Source: Candidatus Electrothrix sp. GW3-4 (GTDB lineage: Bacteria > Desulfobacterota > Desulfobulbia > Desulfobulbales > Desulfobulbaceae). From it: DNA of 32,000 bases. Each line of letters begins with the position of its first letter. Positions within the stretch are counted from its first letter, which is position 1. The stretch is from positions 1,650,001 through 1,682,000 of the forward strand of contig NZ_CP147990.1 of the NCBI RefSeq assembly GCF_037902255.1. Reading direction: 5' to 3'. The notes beneath the pieces were generated by a model, which ran no database searches, was not told the origin of the DNA, and was given only the letters and a program-made list of their open reading frames with translations. Shown here piece by piece: positions 24,539-32,000 of this stretch. A program made the position numbers and the translations under genes.

Positions 24539-27450
24539 GCACATTATTTCGCATAGCACGCAAGGAATTCGGGGCCTTTTTCAGCTCGCCGGTTGCCTTT
24601 ATCTTTCTCGGCACCTTTCTTGCGACAACCCTTTTTATTTTCTTTTGGGTAGAGACCTTTTTCTCCCGTAATATTACCGAACTTAGGGCCTTATTTGAGT
24701 GGATGCCCATTCTGCTCATCTTTCTGGTTGCAGCCATTACCATGCGGATGTGGGCCGAGGAGCATCGGGCCGGAACCTTAGAGTTTCTCCTGACCTCGCC
24801 AGTCCGGCCAGTGACTCTGGTTCTCGGAAAATTCCTGGCCTGTCTGTTCCTGATTGCCCTGGCCCTGCTGATGACCTTGCCCCTGGCCGTCACGGTGAGC
24901 TTTCTTGGACCCTTGGATTGGGGACCGGTCCTGGGCGGCTATCTGGCCTCGCTTTTTCTGGCAGCGGCCTATATCTCCATCGGCCTCTTTGTCAGCGTCA
25001 AGTCTGAGAACCAGATCGTCAGTCTGATCACCACCTCCCTGATCTGTGGTCTGCTCTATCTGATCGGCTCAGAGACCCTGGCGGCCTTTTTTGGCAATAA
25101 GGGCTCAGAGATCCTCCAGCTGCTGGGCAGCGGCTCCCGCTTTCACTCCATCACCCGAGGGGTAATTGATCTGCGCGATTTGTATTATTACGTCGCTATC
25201 ATGGGGGTTTTTCTCTGCCTCAATATCTACGGCCTGGAAAAGATCCGTTGGGCAGGTAACCCGGTCAACAGCAACCATCGGGCCTGGCAGCTCGCCTGCG
25301 GTCTGTTGATTGCCAACTTCCTGGTTGCCAACTTTTGGCTGGCGCCTATGGGAGAGCTGCGCTCCGATATGACTGATGGCGATATCTACTCCATCTCTGA
25401 TGCTACCCGCAGTTATCTGGGCCAGATTCGGGAGCCCTTGCTGATCCGGGGTTATTTTTCCGCTCAAACCCATCCCTTATTAGCCCCGCTGGTGCCCCGG
25501 CTGCGTGACCTGCTGGAGGAATACGCCATTGCCGGTAAGGACAAGGTCAGGGTGGAATTCATCGACCCGGCAGATCACCCGGATCTGGAGCAGGAGGCGG
25601 GCCAGAAATACGGGATCCGGCCCGTGCCCTTTCAGACGGCCAGCAAGTATCAGGCCTCAGTGACCAACTCCTATTTTGATATCCTGATCCGGTATGGTGA
25701 TCAGTACGAGACCTTGGGCTTCCGCGACCTCATTGAGGTCAAGGCCCAGGATGAACAGAACCTGGACGTGGAACTGCGTAATCCAGAATATGACATCACC
25801 CGGGCCATCAAAAAGGTCCTGTACAGCTATCAGGCTGGTGGCGATCTGTTCAGCTCTATGAAAAAACCAGTGGAATTGATCGGCTATTTTTCCGCTGACG
25901 AGCGGCTGCCTAAAGAACTGGTAAGCCTGAAGAGCGAGCTCATGGGGTTGACCCAAGAGCTGGAGGCAGAGAGCGGAGGTCGTTTCTCCGCAACCATGGT
26001 TGATCCTGAGACAAACGGCGGCACCATTGCTGACCAGATCAGCCAGCAATACGGTTTTCGGCCTATGGCTGCCAGTCTGTTTGACCAGAATACCTTTTGG
26101 TTTTATATGATGCTGAAGAGCGGCGACCAGACCGTGGAGATTCCTTTGCCCGAGGATCTGGAAAAAGGGAGTCTGAAGCGGGCCATTGATGCAGGCCTGA
26201 AGCGTTTTGCCACCGGCTTTACCAAGAATATCGCCCTGAGTGTTCCTGAATCCATGCCACCCATGCCCCAGTACGGCATTCCCGGCGGCGGGGGACCAAA
26301 GTTTGATGCCCTGCGCGAGCTGCTCTCTCAGGAGCATACAGTCACGGATGCGGATCTGGCCAAGGGCCAGGTTCCGGGCGAGGCCGATATCCTGCTGCTG
26401 GCTGCCCCGCAGGAGCTGGATGAAAAGAAGCTCTTTGCCGTGGATCAATTCCTGATGCAGGGCGGCACCGTGATTATGTCTGCCTCTCCCTATCAGGTGG
26501 ATCTCAAGGGCCAGCTTTCCATGACTGAGAAGAAAACCGGTCTGGAAGAATGGCTGGAGCATAACGGTATTGTCATTGAAAAACAGCTAGTGCTTGATCC
26601 GCAGAATACCCCTTTTCCTGTACCGGTACAGCGTAATCTGGGAGGCTTCATGGTTCGGGAGACCAAACTGGTCAATTATCCCTATTTTGTGGATATCCGC
26701 CCGGATGGCATGAACGAGGACAGCGGCATAACCTCGGGCCTGCAGCAGGTCACCATGAACTGGCCTTCGCCCATCACCATTGATCCAGAGAAAAACAAGG
26801 GCCGCAAGGTTATTAAATTGCTGGAAAGCTCGGAAAAGAGCTGGCTCTCCGCATCCACCATGATTCAACCGGATTTCCAGACCCACGGGGAACTGGGATT
26901 TGCTACGGAAGGTGAGCAGGAGCCGCATCTTCTGGCCGCTGCCATTGAGGGTGGTTTTACCTCCTACTTTACCGGCAAGCCCTCGCCTTTGCTGAAAAAG
27001 GGCGAGGAGGAAGAACAACCGCAACAAACCCCGCCGGGACAGGAGGAAGAAAAGAAAGAAGAGCAGGTCATTATTCGCCAATTGGATAAATCTCCAGACA
27101 CGGCCCGGATCATCGTCTTCGGCTCCAACAGCTTTCTCAGCGATACGGTCTTGGGGATCAGCTCCAGTGTGATGCGGACCAATTATCTGGGACCGGTGCA
27201 GCTCATCGCCAATACCGTGGATTGGTCTCTGGAGGACCGGGGCCTGCTCTCTATCCGGGGCAGGAGTCATTTCTCCCGTCCCCTGCATCCGATCACCAAG
27301 AATGAACAGCTTTTCTGGGAGTATCTCAACTACGGGCTTGTGCTGCTTGGCCTGGCCATTATCTGGTTGCTCCGACTTCGTATCCGCAAACGGGCTGAGG
27401 CACGACAGCTGGCCTTTTTGCAGCCTGAGACAGGGAGGGTATCATCATGA
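24535..27450 (+). CDS. Fused ABC-2 permease (GldF-like, N-terminal ~240 aa) + GldG-like ABC auxiliary domain, C-terminal TM anchor
   Basis: 971 aa. The N-terminus has about 6 TM segments of ABC-2 type. The middle part (LLIRGYFSAQTHPLLAPLVPRLRDLLEEYAIAGKDKVRVEFIDP) resembles the GldG / ABC_transp_aux family. A Glu/Lys/Gln-rich linker (EEEEQPQQTPPGQEEEKKEEQ) and a terminal TM segment follow. Confidence 0.75.
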   Translation: MSTLFRIARKEFGAFFSSPVAFIFLGTFLATTLFIFFWVETFFSRNITELRALFEWMPILLIFLVAAITMRMWAEEHRAGTLEFLLTSPVRPVTLVLGKFLACLFLIALALLMTLPLAVTVSFLGPLDWGPVLGGYLASLFLAAAYISIGLFVSVKSENQIVSLITTSLICGLLYLIGSETLAAFFGNKGSEILQLLGSGSRFHSITRGVIDLRDLYYYVAIMGVFLCLNIYGLEKIRWAGNPVNSNHRAWQLACGLLIANFLVANFWLAPMGELRSDMTDGDIYSISDATRSYLGQIREPLLIRGYFSAQTHPLLAPLVPRLRDLLEEYAIAGKDKVRVEFIDPADHPDLEQEAGQKYGIRPVPFQTASKYQASVTNSYFDILIRYGDQYETLGFRDLIEVKAQDEQNLDVELRNPEYDITRAIKKVLYSYQAGGDLFSSMKKPVELIGYFSADERLPKELVSLKSELMGLTQELEAESGGRFSATMVDPETNGGTIADQISQQYGFRPMAASLFDQNTFWFYMMLKSGDQTVEIPLPEDLEKGSLKRAIDAGLKRFATGFTKNIALSVPESMPPMPQYGIPGGGGPKFDALRELLSQEHTVTDADLAKGQVPGEADILLLAAPQELDEKKLFAVDQFLMQGGTVIMSASPYQVDLKGQLSMTEKKTGLEEWLEHNGIVIEKQLVLDPQNTPFPVPVQRNLGGFMVRETKLVNYPYFVDIRPDGMNEDSGITSGLQQVTMNWPSPITIDPEKNKGRKVIKLLESSEKSWLSASTMIQPDFQTHGELGFATEGEQEPHLLAAAIEGGFTSYFTGKPSPLLKKGEEEEQPQQTPPGQEEEKKEEQVIIRQLDKSPDTARIIVFGSNSFLSDTVLGISSSVMRTNYLGPVQLIANTVDWSLEDRGLLSIRGRSHFSRPLHPITKNEQLFWEYLNYGLVLLGLAIIWLLRLRIRKRAEARQLAFLQPETGRVSS

Positions 27451-28592
27451 TCAAGGCAATAATCTCTGTAGCCGCAGTCCTGCTGCTTGTCCAGATCGGG
27501 CTGACCGTGGCTGTCCATCAACAACAGGCAAGTAATCTGGAATCCACAGCCCCGGACTCAGCCTTTCTCTCCTTTACCCCTGCCAGCATCAGCTCGATCG
27601 GTATCAAGGGGCCAGAGGGCAAGGAACTGGTACTGCAAAAAAAGGACAAGGGCTGGACCATGCCAGCAGCCTTTTCTGCACCGGCAAGCCAACGCCAGGT
27701 GGATGAGTTGCTGCAAAAGCTGGCTGATGCCCACCAGGGTTTGGCGGTGGCTACCAGCAAAGGGGCGGCCAAGCGTTTCAAGACGGCGGAAGATGCCTTT
27801 GAACGACATGTGGTCCTGAAACAGGGCGAGGCCATTGCAGCTGACTTTTATCTCGGTACCTCTGCCGGAGTGCGCACCAGTCATGTCCGCAAGGCAGGAC
27901 AGGATGCCGTGGTCAGTATCCCGGTGGGCAGCCATGAGGTGGATGTGGAGGCAGACAGCTGGCTGGACCGCACCTTGGCCAATCTCAGTAAGGATGAGCT
28001 CAAGGCCCTTACCTTGGGCGATATCTCCCTGACCAAGAAGAAAGAGGATAAGGAAACGATCTGGGCCTTGGAAGGCGCGAGCAAGGAGGAAACCAATAAG
28101 GATGCGGTGGATTCCCTGCTCAATAAGGTCACGGCCATCTCGGTCCAGTCGGTGCTTGATCCGGCAACCTCAGCTGAGCTCTTCACAAAGGATCCTGCTG
28201 TGGAGTTCACGGTAACCAAGGAGGACGACAGCAAGCTGACCTATGCCTTTGCCAAGAAAGATGATAAGGAAGATGATTATTTTATCCTCAAGATGTCCAA
28301 CAAGGACTTGTACTTCAAGGTCGGCAAATGGTTGGTCGAAGGGCTGACCGAGGCCAAGCGGGAAAAACTGCTGGTCGGGTATGAGGAGCAGCAGGAAGAA
28401 GCTGTTGAGCCGGTTGAGAATACAGCATCGCCTGAACAGACTCAGGTAGATCAGGTAGAGGAGGCGGAACCTGCTGCTGAGGAAGCAGCAGCACCCGCTC
28501 CTGAAGAGTCAGAGGCGGCTGCCGATCCAGCGTCAACAGCTCAGGATGAGGAAACAGCGCCTGCTGTTCCTTCTGGAGGGACTGCGGAATAA
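27447..28592 (+). CDS. DUF4340-like accessory protein with N-terminal TM anchor and acidic Ala/Glu-rich tail
   Basis: 381 aa. The start overlaps the previous stop (ATGA). The N-terminal segment is MIKAIISVAAVLLLVQIGLTVAV. The position after a GldG-like gene matches the usual DUF4340 context; this is assigned by context and memory, not by search. The tail is EEQQEEAVEPVEN...EEAEPAAEEAAAPAPEESEAAADP. Confidence 0.55.
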   Translation: MIKAIISVAAVLLLVQIGLTVAVHQQQASNLESTAPDSAFLSFTPASISSIGIKGPEGKELVLQKKDKGWTMPAAFSAPASQRQVDELLQKLADAHQGLAVATSKGAAKRFKTAEDAFERHVVLKQGEAIAADFYLGTSAGVRTSHVRKAGQDAVVSIPVGSHEVDVEADSWLDRTLANLSKDELKALTLGDISLTKKKEDKETIWALEGASKEETNKDAVDSLLNKVTAISVQSVLDPATSAELFTKDPAVEFTVTKEDDSKLTYAFAKKDDKEDDYFILKMSNKDLYFKVGKWLVEGLTEAKREKLLVGYEEQQEEAVEPVENTASPEQTQVDQVEEAEPAAEEAAAPAPEESEAAADPASTAQDEETAPAVPSGGTAE

Positions 28593-28631
28593 AGCTGATT
28601 CTTTCAGCATAGCATCTCATAATCAATGCAA

Positions 28632-28679
28632 GGCATCTCTCAGTTGAAGCGGGAGATGCCTTTTTTATTTACTTTTTTT
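28632..28679 (+). terminator. Rho-independent terminator of the ABC operon
   Basis: GGCATCTCTC (28632-28641) pairs with GGGAGATGCC (28651-28660), a 10-bp stem, followed by TTTTTTATTTACTTTTTTT. Confidence 0.8.
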
Positions 28680-28816
28680 ATGTTTCATGGTAACCGCTTT
28701 TTAGTGGAAAAAGCAGATGAAAACGTGATAAGCGGAAAAGTTTTCCTGTTTTTCGCCTTCCTGTCAGAATACGTGGAAACGTATCCAATCTCTTCCAGTC
28801 AATAAAAGGAGTTACG

Positions 28817-29779
28817 ATGAAGCTCAAAATATTTTTTCTTGTATGCATTGTTCAGGCTTTTGTTTCCATGAATGCCTTTTCCCAGGAAAGCGGTGAGATT
28901 GTCTTTGCCAAGAAGAAGATCAATGCCTCGAGTCCGACCGGGCTGGTAAAGCAATTTCAAGCCGGTGATCCTATCTATTCCGGGGCATTTTTAGAGAAAA
29001 GCATTTTGGAGATGATCGGCAAGGAGACCGCAAAAAAAGTCTCCGTGGAGGTCTTTATCTACGAACTGAAAGCGCCCTTATATGATTATCAAGAGCCCAG
29101 TGAGGTCCAACTGGAAACCGCTACCCTATGGGTTTCAGGAGATGCACTGCATGCGAAGTATCTTCCCCTGGATATTGTTCCGGGCATTGATGAACTGAGC
29201 GCATATAACAGCGAGGGATTGGCCTATAAGAAGTTTGGCCCGAAATTTGACGGACCCGTCAAGTTTGCTGAGAAATTGGCCGAACTGGAGGCTGGGGAGC
29301 ATACAATTATTGTCAAATTAAACTGTAATTATACGTTCGTTGCTGAAGGGAGATTCGTTATTACAGGCGACGACTATACGGCCTATAAAAAAGCATCCGA
29401 GGAGTTGAATGCATTTGCGGCAAATGCAAAGAGCAAAACAGCGGTCATGCCCCAATCAGCACGTTCTGATAAAACACTTGAAGCAGAGATGGTAAGGGCC
29501 TTCAAGGGATCACAGACCTACAAGGATAGGGTGAAAGGGGAAATTCTCCGGGTGGTCATCATTGACCCTGATTGGATGACCAGAAGGAATGAGCTCACCG
29601 GGATTATCTTGCATCGATATATTCGGGCAGCGATCGCGGTCAAAAATGCTGATGGTACCTGCACGGTTTGGCAGAATGTCACCTTTCAACAGGATTATGT
29701 GAGCGATACGTTTCAAAAGACCACATTTGATGGCATCGGTGATCCGTACCCGATTCCCTGCGAAAATGTGAAGAAGTGA
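28817..29779 (+). CDS. Secreted hypothetical protein (320 aa)
   Basis: AAAGGAG lies upstream of the ATG. Signal peptide MKLKIFFLVCIVQAFVSMNAFSQ. No recognisable family motif. Confidence 0.65.
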   Translation: MKLKIFFLVCIVQAFVSMNAFSQESGEIVFAKKKINASSPTGLVKQFQAGDPIYSGAFLEKSILEMIGKETAKKVSVEVFIYELKAPLYDYQEPSEVQLETATLWVSGDALHAKYLPLDIVPGIDELSAYNSEGLAYKKFGPKFDGPVKFAEKLAELEAGEHTIIVKLNCNYTFVAEGRFVITGDDYTAYKKASEELNAFAANAKSKTAVMPQSARSDKTLEAEMVRAFKGSQTYKDRVKGEILRVVIIDPDWMTRRNELTGIILHRYIRAAIAVKNADGTCTVWQNVTFQQDYVSDTFQKTTFDGIGDPYPIPCENVKK

Positions 29780-30036
29780 CATAGGAACTTGTCGCCGCTG
29801 ATGACCCAAGGCTGGAGGAGAAATGGTTACGTCCGAGTCAATTGGCTCTCTGGATTGTTTTAGGCGCTGGAACTAATCCTGAGGATATCGTTATGAGTGC
29901 AGAGGAAAAACTGCGCTTCATAGAGGCCATGCAGGCTGTAAATCAAGACCTGAGCATGAGCTCTTCCTGCAACTAACTGCGAATTTGTTACGTTGAAGAG
30001 GGGTCCCGCTTTTTGGGGCCAGGTAAGTGAAGGAAA

Positions 30037-30081
30037 GGCACTTCTCGACAAGCGGGAGGTGCCTTTTTTATTTACTTTTTT
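30037..30081 (+). terminator. Second copy of the hairpin + T-tract module (terminator-like)
   Basis: GGCACTTCTC (30037-30046) pairs with GGGAGGTGCC (30054-30063): 10 bp with two G-U pairs. The following TTTTTTATTTACTTTTTT is identical to 28661-28678. Confidence 0.65.
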
Positions 30082-30167
30082 CGTGTTCTATGTCTAAATC
30101 CAAAAAACTCAAAGTGCTACAAGCACCTGCGTGTCTGCCCGGTGCCCTGCATTAACGGGACATACAA

Positions 30168-30188
30168 GGGCGAACACAAGGTTCGCCC
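30168..30188. repeat. REP-like GC-rich palindrome
   Basis: GGGCGAAC-ACAAG-GTTCGCCC is a perfect 8-bp stem with no T-tract. It resembles the GCGAACxxxxGTTCGCCCC-type intergenic palindromes that recur in many proteobacterial genomes (recollection only). Confidence 0.45.
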
Positions 30189-30242
30189 CTATGGCATCCG
30201 AAATTTTGGGGCGTCACCACCCCTTCATCTGCAAGGAATAAA

Positions 30243-31811
30243 ATGGCAAAAAAAGCTGCAAACAAAAAAGTGAACAAGAAAACAAACAGCTTTGAACAGA
30301 TCTTGTGGGACACGGCCAATAAACTGCGCGGCTCGGTTTCCTCGGCAGATTATAAGCATGTGGTCCTGAGCCTGATCTTTCTCAAATTTGCCAGCGATAA
30401 GTTTGAGGAACGCAGGGCAGAGCTCATTGCCGAGGGCAAGGAGAAGTATGTGGACATGGTGGAGTTTTACACCATGAAGAATATCTTTTTCCTGCCCGAG
30501 GAGGCGCGCTGGAGCTATGTGAAGCAGCAGGCCAAGCAGGATGATCTTGCCATCAAGATCGACACGGCCCTGGCCACGGTGGAGAAGAACAACAAGGCCC
30601 TGAAAGGGGCCCTGCCGGATAATTATTTCTCCCGCCTGGGGCTGGAGGGCAGCAAGTTGGCCGCCCTGATTGACACCATCTCCAATATCGATACGGTGGC
30701 CGATAAGAAGGAAGATGTGGTGGGCCGGGTCTATGAGTATTTCCTAGCCAAGTTTGCCGCCTCTGAGGGTCAGCGGGGCGGAGAGTTCTACACCCCCAAG
30801 GTGGTGGTTAATCTGATTGCCGAGATGATCGAGCCCTACAAGGGCAAGATCTATGATCCCTGCTGCGGCTCCGGCGGCATGTTTGTCCAGTCCATCAAGT
30901 TTGTGGAGAGCCATCACGGCAACACCAGGGATATCTCCATCTACGGTCAGGAGTCCATTGCCACCACCCGCAAGCTGGCCAAGATGAACCTGGCCATCCG
31001 GGGCATTTCCGGTAATCTGGGCGAGGCGCCAGCAGACACCTTTTTCCGGGACCAGCACCCGGACCTCAAGGCGGATTACATCATGGCCAATCCGCCCTTT
31101 AACCTGAAAGGGTGGCGGGCTGCGGACGAGCTCACCGATGATCCGCGTTGGGCAGGCTACGAGGTGCCGCCTGCCAACAATGCCAACTATGCCTGGATCC
31201 TGCATATGATCTCCAAGCTCTCAGAGAACGGGGTGGCGGGTTTTGTCCTGGCCAATGGCTCCATGTCCACCACCACCAATTCAGAGGGGGAGATCCGCAA
31301 AAAGATTATTGAGAATGATCTGGTGGATTGCATGATTGCCCTGCCAGGTCAGCTCTTTTTCACCACTGCTATCCCGGTCTGTTTGTGGTTTATCAGCAAG
31401 AACAAAAAGGCGGATGCCGCGCAGGGATTTCGCGATCGGCGGGGCGAGACCCTGTTTATTGATGCCCGCAAGATGGGTACATTGATTGACCGGGTCCATC
31501 GGGAGCTGTCGGAAGAGGAGATTGGGGAGATTACCCGCACCTATCATGCCTGGCGAGGTGAGGCTGAGGCTGGTGCATATGAGGACACGCCGGGCTTTTG
31601 TAAGTCGGCCACCTTGGAAGAGATCACGTCGCATCAGTATGTCCTGACCCCTGGCCGCTATGTGGGGGTTGAGGAAGTGGAGGATGATGGGGTGCCGTTT
31701 GAGGAGAAGATGGGGGAGTTGACCGCTGTTCTGTATCAGCAGATGAAGGAAGGGGCGGAGTTGGATGCGGTGATTCGGAGGAATCTGGAGGTGTTGGGTT
31801 ATGGGGGGTGA
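30243..31811 (+). CDS. hsdM: Type I restriction-modification system, DNA methyltransferase subunit M
   Basis: 522 aa. Has an HsdM_N-like N-terminus (LWDTANKLRGSVSSADYKHVVLSLIFLKFASD), the AdoMet motif IYDPCCGSGGMF and the catalytic motif IMANPPFN. Confidence 0.9.
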   Translation: MAKKAANKKVNKKTNSFEQILWDTANKLRGSVSSADYKHVVLSLIFLKFASDKFEERRAELIAEGKEKYVDMVEFYTMKNIFFLPEEARWSYVKQQAKQDDLAIKIDTALATVEKNNKALKGALPDNYFSRLGLEGSKLAALIDTISNIDTVADKKEDVVGRVYEYFLAKFAASEGQRGGEFYTPKVVVNLIAEMIEPYKGKIYDPCCGSGGMFVQSIKFVESHHGNTRDISIYGQESIATTRKLAKMNLAIRGISGNLGEAPADTFFRDQHPDLKADYIMANPPFNLKGWRAADELTDDPRWAGYEVPPANNANYAWILHMISKLSENGVAGFVLANGSMSTTTNSEGEIRKKIIENDLVDCMIALPGQLFFTTAIPVCLWFISKNKKADAAQGFRDRRGETLFIDARKMGTLIDRVHRELSEEEIGEITRTYHAWRGEAEAGAYEDTPGFCKSATLEEITSHQYVLTPGRYVGVEEVEDDGVPFEEKMGELTAVLYQQMKEGAELDAVIRRNLEVLGYGG

Positions 31812-32000
31812 GTGGCGGCAAGTTACCTGGGGAGACTTAGCTACGCTTGAATACGGCAAGGGCCTACGCGGTTACAAAAATGCTACAGGTGATTATAGAG
31901 TTTTCGGCACGAATGGCCCCATAGGCTGGCACAGCGAGCCTCTTTGTAAATTTCCGAGTGTGATTGTCGGACGAAAAGGAGCTTACAGAGGGATTCATTT
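31801..32000 (+). CDS. hsdS: Type I R-M specificity subunit S, N-terminal fragment (continues beyond the window)
   Basis: Own translation from ATG 31801, which overlaps the hsdM end by 11 nt: MGGEWRQVTWGDLATLEYGKGLRGYKNATGDYRVFGTNGPIGWHSEPLCKFPSVIVGRKGAYRGIH. This is the typical start of an HsdS target-recognition domain. It is not in the track because it has no in-window stop. Confidence 0.75.
   Translation, partial: MGGEWRQVTWGDLATLEYGKGLRGYKNATGDYRVFGTNGPIGWHSEPLCKFPSVIVGRKGAYRGIH

Noticed and set aside
23588-27288. Long minus-strand ORFs (23588-24118, 24510-24893, 25657-26562, 26587-27288) and internal plus-strand ORFs
   Set aside because: They are antisense or out-of-frame shadows typical of GC-rich coding DNA. 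The plus-strand ABC/GldFG-like frames carry the real motifs and are translationally coupled.
28380-28592. GAG/GCA-rich repetitive DNA at the end of the DUF4340-like gene
   Set aside because: It encodes an acidic Ala/Glu low-complexity tail. No exact DNA repeat unit was detected.
29860-30051. 63-aa minus-strand ORF
   Set aside because: It starts inside the terminator-like hairpin, has no RBS and no recognisable similarity, and overlaps better-supported plus-strand mini-ORFs.
30744-31859. Minus-strand ORFs 30744-31205, 31281-31859 and 31624-31821
   Set aside because: They are antisense to hsdM/hsdS and have Pro/His/Gly-rich low-complexity translations.
1-32000. Search for CRISPR arrays, tRNA/rRNA/tmRNA genes, integrase/att sites, reverse transcriptases and phage structural genes
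   Set aside because: Visual inspection of the intergenic regions found no regularly spaced direct repeats. There is also no T-loop/acceptor-type tRNA signature, no rRNA-like sequence and no such ORFs. A proper tRNAscan, Rfam or CRISPR-finder run would be needed to be definitive.

Overview
Bacterial chromosomal window. Conserved operon blocks sit at both ends and an IS-riddled accessory stretch lies between about 5 and 23.5 kb. The taxon cannot be fixed from sequence alone; the gene content (2-oxoacid:ferredoxin oxidoreductase, small ferredoxin, DUF1566 proteins, GldFG-type ABC system) suggests an anaerobic proteobacterium-like organism.

Left block, minus strand: the 5' part of valS, preceded by a two-gene pair. 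The pair is a PLD/cardiolipin-synthase-like protein fused to a DedA/VTT membrane domain, plus an EEP-family phosphoesterase.

Centre, in order:
- a CDF metal exporter
- two-subunit 2-oxoacid:ferredoxin oxidoreductase genes
- a COG0701-type permease with a His-rich tail
- a GltS-type Na+/glutamate symporter gene destroyed by a frameshift, an IS3-family insertion and an IS4-superfamily insertion
- a three-gene cluster of a cytoplasmic coiled-coil protein, its secreted paralogue and a tandem-DUF1566 protein
- a small Cys-rich gene split by an IS1634-like element, sitting just upstream of a ferredoxin gene
- an SDR/epimerase-like gene
- an AT-rich module encoding a 4-TM protein and a membrane-anchored XRE regulator
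- an ISAs1 transposase remnant
- a secreted DUF1566 protein

Right block: a translationally coupled ABC ATPase / fused GldF-GldG-like permease / DUF4340-like operon, then a secreted orphan protein bracketed by two homologous hairpin+T-tract modules, then type I R-M hsdM and the start of hsdS.

I found no rRNA, tRNA or CRISPR array. No single feature is demonstrably a new system. The best candidates for follow-up are:
- the PLD-VTT/EEP pair
- the AT-rich 4TM + XRE-TM module
- the coiled-coil/DUF1566 cluster
- the Cys-rich mini-protein + ferredoxin pair
- the repeat-bracketed cassette next to the R-M system

All domain calls come from reading the translations by eye. No database search was run.
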